A stretch of 24,000 bases of DNA from positions 42,737 through 66,736 of the forward strand of contig NZ_JAKVBC010000021.1 of NCBI RefSeq assembly GCF_022447245.1. Reading direction: 5' to 3'. Of this stretch, positions 7,549-13,595 are shown one piece after another. This DNA is from Kordia sp. (GTDB taxonomy: Bacteria; Bacteroidota; Bacteroidia; Flavobacteriales; Flavobacteriaceae). The translations under genes were made by a program, and so were the position numbers. The notes under the pieces are model-generated. The model saw only the letters and a program-made list of their open reading frames with translations. It made no database searches and was not told the origin of the DNA. How positions within the stretch are numbered: position 1 is the first letter of the stretch; each line of letters begins with the position of its first letter.

Positions 7549-7590
7549 GTTTTAGAGAAGAAATTTTTTTCAAATGTAGTATGTTGATAT

Positions 7591-7898
7591 TCAGTATGTT
7601 TTGGGGAAGAAATATGTAAAAAAAGCGAGCCGAAGTTCGCTAAAAGTTAATCCTGAATTTAACAAAACATGTGGAAATACTGAATTACAATTTAAGTGAC
7701 AAGATCCTTCGCGACTTGCGCAAATATTTGTTAAACAACGATCAGTTATCCCAACAGGACACTGATTATTACAAGATGTTGCTGTAACACAACCAATAAC
7801 TTCTGAAATATTGATTGCTCCACCACTTAAATTCAATTTGCTTAAAGATTATATTGATTTTTGTTGAGACTCAAGTTTTTAAGATTTCTTTTCTTCAT
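7591..7898 (-). pseudogene. frameshifted paralog of the GG-leader Cys-rich peptide
   Basis: Leader MKKRNLKNLSLNKNQYNL (7898..7845) stops at TAA 7844..7842. The rest of the leader and the core (SLSKLNLSGG-AINISEVIGCVTATSCNNQCPVGITDRCLTNICASREGSCHLNC..) lie in the -1 frame from 7848. The two frames overlap stop-free only at 7845..7848. The core frame also reads through its own terminator hairpin. Confidence 0.6.
7617..7641 (-). terminator. intrinsic terminator (UUCG-loop hairpin + U7)
   Basis: Minus strand reads AGCGAAC-UUCG-GCUCGCU (one A.C mismatch) followed by UUUUUUU. It is near-identical to the terminator at 8003..8034. Confidence 0.6.
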
Positions 7899-8002
7899 AA
7901 TACATGATTTTAAAATTGATAATGAATTAAAAGTAACGGATAGTCGAATCTCATAAAACAAACAGCTATCGCAATTTAGTGAATTATAGTAATCTTTAAA
8001 CA

Positions 8003-8034
8003 GTAGAAAAGAAAAGCGAACCGAAGTTCGCTTT
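8003..8034 (-). terminator. intrinsic terminator (UUCG-loop hairpin + U-tract)
   Basis: Minus strand reads AAAGCGAAC-UUCG-GUUCGCUUU followed by UCUUUUC. It begins 8 nt after the stop of ORF 8042..8260. Confidence 0.75.
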
Positions 8035-8041
8035 ATATTTA

Positions 8042-8260
8042 TTAAACTCTTGGTTTGCTGATACATTCTCCTGGTCCGCATTTTGTATGATATTGACATG
8101 TGTGACATTGAGTAGGCATTGTTGCAGGCGGACACGTAAATGTATGGCAAGATGCAATGCAAGAGTTATCGAAGCTTTCATTTCCTCCGAATATAGAAGT
8201 AGATAAATCAGAAATTGATTTTTTGTTTAGGCTTAATGATTTTAAATTTTTTTTCTTCAT
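8042..8260 (-). CDS. double-glycine-leader, Cys-rich bacteriocin/RiPP-precursor-like peptide (72 aa)
   Basis: Leader MKKKNLKSLSLNKKSISDLSTSIFGG is followed by a 46-aa core with 7 Cys (NESFDNSCIASCHTFTCPPATMPTQCHTCQYHTKCGPGECISKPRV). The gene has its own strong terminator. Confidence 0.7.
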   Translation of the reverse strand: MKKKNLKSLSLNKKSISDLSTSIFGGNESFDNSCIASCHTFTCPPATMPTQCHTCQYHTKCGPGECISKPRV

Positions 8261-8376
8261 GAGATGAATTTTAACGATTAATAATGTTCAAATCAATAGA
8301 GAAAAAGAATCTAAAACAATTTATGTAAGTCGTAATTGTAAAAATACGAGTAGTTAAATTTTATAAGAAATAATGT

Positions 8377-8673
8377 CTATGACATTGGTAATATTTCTAT
8401 TACTTTGCCATATACATTTTTTGTCCATCCGTTAATTCTTCCGTGATTGTTTCCGATTAACAATCCGCGTCTTTCGTTTTTTCCTTTTACTAAATGCGTG
8501 AATACATTTCCGCGTACTTTACAAAAGACGATATCACCAACTTCGCAATCTTCCCAAGAAATAGGTTGCAACTTTACAGATTGCTTTGATTTTAAAAGTG
8601 GCAACATAGAATTACCAGGTTCTTTTGAAATGATGGTTTCTCCATCGAGTAGTTTTTGAATTTTCCAATTCAT
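8377..8673 (-). CDS. stand-alone minimal S24/S26-type Ser-Lys peptidase domain (98 aa)
   Basis: GNSMLPLL matches the G-D/N-S-M-x-P nucleophile motif of the LexA/UmuD/signal-peptidase clan. A candidate general-base Lys lies in THLVKGK. No DNA-binding or membrane segment is present. Confidence 0.6.
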   Translation of the reverse strand: MNWKIQKLLDGETIISKEPGNSMLPLLKSKQSVKLQPISWEDCEVGDIVFCKVRGNVFTHLVKGKNERRGLLIGNNHGRINGWTKNVYGKVIEILPMS

Positions 8674-8760
8674 AATATTAGTTTTTTAAAAGTTATATGT
8701 GCCATTATTGACACACATATCTTTTTGAAAACTTTTTTCAAAAGTGTTTCAATGAACTTT

Positions 8761-8775
8761 TCTCGATAATCGAGA
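8761..8775. promoter_or_regulatory. perfect 15-bp palindrome TCTCGAT-A-ATCGAGA (second motif class, copy 1)
   Basis: The core CTCGATAATCGAG is identical to 10211..10223. With flanks, 8762..8790 matches 10211..10239 at 26 of 29 nt. Confidence 0.55.
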
Positions 8776-8843
8776 TTTATATATTTTGAGCTTGCTTAAA
8801 TGTATGAACATACATTTTTTGCACATAACTCGTTGGCTTACTT

Positions 8844-9500
8844 TTAAATATTTGCAATTTTAGTGAAGAACTGCGCAATCTTTTTACGTAGTGAAGTTTT
8901 TTCTTGAATTATTGGTTTTTGTACTATTTCTTTAACTAGAATCTTTTCTGGTTCACCAAAGACAATTACTTTTTTAGAAGAATATGAAGTGCATGCTTCT
9001 AGTTTTGTTAGAATATTAAGTGCAAGATTTCGAATTTCAGGGTTTATTATTGCTGTGTCTTCTAAAAAAGGATTTTGAAACATAACATTCAAATCATAAT
9101 AATAATCACGAAATTTATAAGATATGTTGTACGTTTCATCTGGATTAAAGTCAAACTCTTTAATCATTTTGCCAAGAATTGAATATAGAGTATTTACATT
9201 TTTAGTTTGTAAAATTTTGATACATGATTGCTCTAAGATGAAGACTTTTATAAAGTCATCACCATATTGAATACGAGATTCCTGTTCAAGTTCTGATAAA
9301 CAGCTTTCTGATCGATAATTGATGGTAAGTATTGTGTAGAAAAATGAATTTTTTTCTAGGTTGTTTAAGATGTTTTCACAACCATAGAGAAATTCTTCAA
9401 ATCCAGAAATGGATTGTTTGCCAACTAAGGTATTATATATCTCTAATTGTAAAGTTTCCATGTTATAATGGTTAAAAAACGAGCAAAAACAATTAGCCAT
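8844..9500 (-). CDS. hypothetical protein, no recognisable motif
   Basis: Long ORF directly downstream of the exonuclease gene. The first ATG is at 9500, with an alternative at 9461 (METLQLEIYN); the ORF-track start 9512 is a TTG. Operator copy D lies inside its last codons. Confidence 0.5.
   Translation of the reverse strand: MANCFCSFFNHYNMETLQLEIYNTLVGKQSISGFEEFLYGCENILNNLEKNSFFYTILTINYRSESCLSELEQESRIQYGDDFIKVFILEQSCIKILQTKNVNTLYSILGKMIKEFDFNPDETYNISYKFRDYYYDLNVMFQNPFLEDTAIINPEIRNLALNILTKLEACTSYSSKKVIVFGEPEKILVKEIVQKPIIQEKTSLRKKIAQFFTKIANI
8872..8890. promoter_or_regulatory. operator copy D: TGCGCAA-TCTTT-TTACGTA
   Basis: Same TRCGYAA-N5-TTRCGYA architecture and same TCTTT spacer as copy C. 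It lies ~200 nt upstream of the S24 peptidase start and overlaps the 3' end of ORF 8844..9500. Confidence 0.45.
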
Positions 9501-9521
9501 TAGGCTAATCAAAAACTCATC

Positions 9522-10073
9522 TTACTGATTGTTTAAACACCAATGTAAGATTTTTGCGGTGTTGTTGGCATCATCTACACCTCGGTGATGTCTTCCTTCT
9601 AAAGGAATTCGGAGTTGTTTTAATGCTCTGGCCATTCCAATGCCATGTCGCATACTGTTGCAATGTCTAAACTCTTCTTTGACGTTGATATGTTGATCTC
9701 CAGAAGGGAAATCGACATATTTTTTTCTGCATTCTTCCAGCATTTTGCTACGATCATACGCACCGTAACTTGCCCAAGTATATGCTGAAGCATCATACTC
9801 GTCAAAGAGTATATCAATCGCATCTTCAAAAGAAACGCCTTCTTGCGCTACCATTTCTGGCGTGATTGATGTCAGTTCTGTGCAAAATCGACTGATTTTG
9901 GAATGTTCAGGAATTACGAGAATTCCTTGCCGTTTGGAAATTTCCCCAGAAAGAACATCCAATTCGCAAATACCAGTTTCGATAATCTCACTTTGATTTC
10001 GTTGGTATTCACCATCTTGTTCCCAGCAAGTAGCTTCTAAGTCTACTACTAGAATTTTGTTTGTTGTTTTCAT
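9522..10073 (-). CDS. DEDDh 3'-5' exonuclease (ERI-1/KapD-like)
   Basis: Exo I motif VVDLEATCWE, mid-protein acidic motifs, and C-terminal HRGVDDANNTAKIL (H-x4-D of the DEDDh subgroup). Confidence 0.8.
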   Translation of the reverse strand: MKTTNKILVVDLEATCWEQDGEYQRNQSEIIETGICELDVLSGEISKRQGILVIPEHSKISRFCTELTSITPEMVAQEGVSFEDAIDILFDEYDASAYTWASYGAYDRSKMLEECRKKYVDFPSGDQHINVKEEFRHCNSMRHGIGMARALKQLRIPLEGRHHRGVDDANNTAKILHWCLNNQ

Positions 10074-10167
10074 CTTAAAAACTGTTTTTTTAATAATTAA
10101 TTTTTGTTGACAGATGAAAGCCGACGCACAATTATGTTAAGAACTTGTGCAAAGAATATAATTTATG

Positions 10168-10186
10168 TACGCAATCTTTTTACGCA
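10168..10186. promoter_or_regulatory. operator copy C: TACGCAA-TCTTT-TTACGCA
   Basis: Lies in the divergent gap between the exonuclease gene (start 10073) and the WYL regulator gene (start 10280). This position is typical of an autoregulated divergent promoter. Confidence 0.55.
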
Positions 10187-10210
10187 CTTTAGAATTTTTT
10201 ACTATTTTCA

Positions 10211-10223
10211 CTCGATAATCGAG
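10211..10223. promoter_or_regulatory. palindrome CTCGAT-A-ATCGAG (second motif class, copy 2)
   Basis: 13-nt perfect palindrome identical to 8762..8774, located between operator C and the WYL gene start. Confidence 0.5.
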
Positions 10224-10279
10224 ATGTAGATATGTTGAGTCTTATTTCGAAATGGATGATTTTAACTTATACTATACGC

Positions 10280-11293
10280 ATGGCAATTAATAAAAACGCA
10301 CTGATTCGATATAAAACGATAGACAAATGTTTGCAAAATCATTATCGTCAATGGACCTTAAATGATTTGATTGAAGCTTGCTCAGACGCTTTACACGAAT
10401 ATGAAGGTCGTGAAGTAAATGTAAGTAAACGAACCGTTCAACTCGATATTCAAATGATGCGTAGTGATAAATTGGGTTACAACGCGCCCATTGTGGTATA
10501 CGATCGTAAGTATTATAAATATGAAGATGAAGAGTATTCCATCACAGATATTCCATTGACAGAAAACGATATGAATGTATTGTCTGAAACTGTAGAAATG
10601 TTGAAGCAATTCAAAGATTTCTCGTTATTCTCAGAATTAGGTGGCATTATACAGCGTTTGGAAGATAAGGTATATACGGAAAAAACACATCAAGCTGCGA
10701 TTATTCATTTAGATAAAAATGAAAATTTAAAAGGATTGCAACACTTGGATTTGTTGTATCAGGCGATTTTAAAAAAAATTGTGTTACGATTAACGTATCG
10801 TTCGTTTAAGGCACGTGCCGCCTCCGAAATTATTTTCCATCCATTCATTCTAAAAGAATACAACAATCGTTGGTTTTTGATTGGAGTCATAGGCAATAAG
10901 CAACAGATTACCACTTTTGCTTTAGACCGAATTATCAATGTCGATTACGATTTAGATATTCCATACAGAAATGAAGCGTTTAATGGAGATGAGTATTATA
11001 AAAATACCATTGGAGTTACGGTTTTAGATCAAAAACACATTCAACGTATTGTGCTTAAAATAGACAAAAGCAACGCGCCGTATGTAACTACGAAGCCTTT
11101 TCATACTACGCAGGAAATTATTTCGGTACACGAAGATGGAAGTATTACAGTGCTATTACAAGTACATATTAATTTTGAATTGGAACGTTTGATTCTTGGT
11201 TTTGGTGATTCTATTGAAGTGATTGAGCCGACATTGTTACGCAAACGCATTCGAAAAAAGTTAGAAGCGGCAGTCAGTAAGTATACAGAGTAA
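10280..11293 (+). CDS. WYL-domain transcriptional regulator (HTH + WYL + C-terminal extension)
   Basis: N-terminal wHTH-like NKNALIRYKTIDKCLQNHYRQWTLNDLIEACS...VSKRTVQLDIQMMRS, then a central WYL-type block FHPFILKEYNNRWFLIGV. The preferred start is MAINKNAL at 10280; the ORF-track start is 10232. Confidence 0.8.
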   Translation: MAINKNALIRYKTIDKCLQNHYRQWTLNDLIEACSDALHEYEGREVNVSKRTVQLDIQMMRSDKLGYNAPIVVYDRKYYKYEDEEYSITDIPLTENDMNVLSETVEMLKQFKDFSLFSELGGIIQRLEDKVYTEKTHQAAIIHLDKNENLKGLQHLDLLYQAILKKIVLRLTYRSFKARAASEIIFHPFILKEYNNRWFLIGVIGNKQQITTFALDRIINVDYDLDIPYRNEAFNGDEYYKNTIGVTVLDQKHIQRIVLKIDKSNAPYVTTKPFHTTQEIISVHEDGSITVLLQVHINFELERLILGFGDSIEVIEPTLLRKRIRKKLEAAVSKYTE

Positions 11294-11334
11294 TTTTATC
11301 TTTACATGATCTTTTAATCCATCAAATTCGCTAC

Positions 11335-13587
11335 ATGAAATTAAGATACTTTTTAGCATTATTTTTGTTAAGTTTTCAATTTGTTTTTTCGCAATCTGCC
11401 GCCATTACTATTGATGGTAATTTTGACGATTGGCATGAAGGTTTAACGACCTATACTGACACCTACGAGAATATTTCTGGAATTGATTTGTTAGAAATTC
11501 AAGTGACGAATGATGACGAGTTTTTGTTTATTAGAATTAAAGCCAATCAAGAATTTGATATTACGGATGACGATACGATTCTGCAAGAATTAGGATTGTT
11601 TATTGATGCAGATAATGATGCCAATACAGGTTTTGATATTCAACAAGATTATGGTTCGGAATTAGGATTACTGTTTACGCGTTTGTATGCACATTATAAT
11701 GTAACGCCCTATTCGCAAGTGAGTATGTCCGATTTAAAGGTAAGAATAGCGCCAACAGTAACTTCCGATGAGTTTGAAATTGCGATTGGTCGTCATGTAC
11801 TTCCTGACGGAATCAATCCATTATTTTCTTCGGCTACGATTAAAATATTAGTCAAAAACGATGACAATTTTGACAGAATTCCTAATATAGGAGATGTGTT
11901 TACGTATACATTTGATGAAACTCCAGTGCAAGCATATACACCAATAGATATCAATAAAGGTACTGCCGAACATATTAGAATTGTAGCGTATAATACCTTA
12001 TTAAATGGTTTGTTAGATACGGATCGTTTGGATGATTTTGAGCGAATTATAAAGTCATTAAATCCAGATATTATAGGATTTGTAGAAAGTTATAATACTT
12101 CCGAAGCCTATGTAAAAGGACTCTTTGATACATGGTTACCTTTAGGAACGGTTGATGGTTGGTATGTGGAACAGCATGGAGGAGAAGTCACGGTTTCTCG
12201 TTGGGAAATCACGCAGCAATGGAGTCATTTAACACGCCAATTTCCTGTATTGATCGATCTTCCTGATGAAACATATCACACAGATTTATTATTTACCAAT
12301 GCACATTTGAGTTGTTGTGGCGCCGATACATCTCGACAAGATCAAGTAGATCAATATGCTGCTTTTATTTTAGATGCGAAAACCTCAGGTGGATTGGTGG
12401 ATCTTCCAGAAAATACACCTTTTGTGTACGGTGGCGATTTAAATTTGGTAGGTTTATCACAGCAATTAGAGACTTTAAGAACAGGAGACATTCAAGATAC
12501 AGTAACGTATGGACAAGGCGGATTTTTAGATTGGGATGATACCGAAGTTAAAGAAGAAAATTGTTTGCAAGCGGATGTGCGAATGAATTATACCTGGCGC
12601 TCAGATTCACAAGTATTTCCTCCAGGGAAACTTGACTTTATTTTGTTTTCAGATTTTACGCTAGAAGCCGAAAAGTCTTTTGTGTTACAAACAGAATTGA
12701 TGTCTACAGGAAGATTGACTAACTATAATTTACAACAAAATGATACAGGAACTGCTTCTGATCATTTTCCAGTAGTGACTGATTTTTCGATTAAAACTGC
12801 TAGGGTTTCACCAATCGTGTATTTACAAGGAGCAGGAATTAATCCGTATGAAGGAGAAGAACATTTAATGCGTGACGATTTGCGTCGTAATAATCTATTA
12901 CCAACTACATCACCATATCAAGATGCATTGACTTGTGAAGCGACTGTTTTTGATACAACACTAAGTCAAGAGCACAATGATATTGTGGATTGGGTATATT
13001 TAGAATTACGTGATCCTGTGAATACTGCTCAAATTAAATATGGACGTTCTGCTTTATTACAACGTGATGGAGATATAGTAGATCTTGATGGAGTAACGAC
13101 AGCCGTAAAACTAAATGTACCGCCAGCAGATTATTATGTAGCTGTTCGTCATAGAAATCACTTAGGTGTCATGACAGTAGGAGAAATAGAATTGTCAGAT
13201 GCTATTGTATCGATCAACTTTGCGTTAGATTCTAATCTGATTAGTTATGGAAGCAACCCGCAAACACAATTTGGCCATACTTCAGGCTATTTTGGAATGT
13301 GGGCAGGAAATGTAAGTGCTAATGATGTAATTCAATATACAGGAACAAGTCCTGATGCGCCTGCTATTTTAAGTGAAGTACTTAATGATCCAGCGAACTT
13401 TTTAAACTTTCCAACCTTTACAATTTCAGAATATAATGTGCATGATGTTAATTTGGATGGAAACGTACAATACGCAGGAACTACACCAGATACGACGTTT
13501 ATTTTACAGAATGTATTGGCGCATCCAGGGAATTTCTTAAACTTTAGTACATATCAAATTCAAGAACAATTGCCAGAGCATGAATAG
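11335..13587 (+). CDS. secreted multidomain endonuclease/exonuclease/phosphatase (EEP) family protein
   Basis: Signal peptide MKLRYFLALFLLSFQFVFSQ. EEP blocks IRIVAYNTL, DIIGFVES, TNAHLS, YGGDLNLV and SDHFPVVTDF. The C-terminal region carries DVNLDGNVQY dockerin/calcium-binding-like repeats. Confidence 0.7.
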   Translation: MKLRYFLALFLLSFQFVFSQSAAITIDGNFDDWHEGLTTYTDTYENISGIDLLEIQVTNDDEFLFIRIKANQEFDITDDDTILQELGLFIDADNDANTGFDIQQDYGSELGLLFTRLYAHYNVTPYSQVSMSDLKVRIAPTVTSDEFEIAIGRHVLPDGINPLFSSATIKILVKNDDNFDRIPNIGDVFTYTFDETPVQAYTPIDINKGTAEHIRIVAYNTLLNGLLDTDRLDDFERIIKSLNPDIIGFVESYNTSEAYVKGLFDTWLPLGTVDGWYVEQHGGEVTVSRWEITQQWSHLTRQFPVLIDLPDETYHTDLLFTNAHLSCCGADTSRQDQVDQYAAFILDAKTSGGLVDLPENTPFVYGGDLNLVGLSQQLETLRTGDIQDTVTYGQGGFLDWDDTEVKEENCLQADVRMNYTWRSDSQVFPPGKLDFILFSDFTLEAEKSFVLQTELMSTGRLTNYNLQQNDTGTASDHFPVVTDFSIKTARVSPIVYLQGAGINPYEGEEHLMRDDLRRNNLLPTTSPYQDALTCEATVFDTTLSQEHNDIVDWVYLELRDPVNTAQIKYGRSALLQRDGDIVDLDGVTTAVKLNVPPADYYVAVRHRNHLGVMTVGEIELSDAIVSINFALDSNLISYGSNPQTQFGHTSGYFGMWAGNVSANDVIQYTGTSPDAPAILSEVLNDPANFLNFPTFTISEYNVHDVNLDGNVQYAGTTPDTTFILQNVLAHPGNFLNFSTYQIQEQLPEHE

Positions 13588-13595
13588 GGAATACG

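Noticed and set aside
7842-7851. Programmed ribosomal frameshift joining leader and core of peptide B (CTT TAA G resembles the prfB CUU UGA C +1 site)
   Set aside because: A +1 shift lands in the wrong frame (KQIEFKWW..). The core needs -1, and there is no X-XXY-YYZ slippery heptamer, so a simple 1-nt deletion is more likely.
7842-8181. Minus-strand ORFs 7842..8162 (106 aa) and 7996..8181 (61 aa)
   Set aside because: They run through the terminator at 8003..8034 and overlap the real peptide gene out of frame. Only the last 18 codons of 7842..8162 (MKKRNLKNLSLNKNQYNL) are meaningful, as the leader of the frameshifted peptide.
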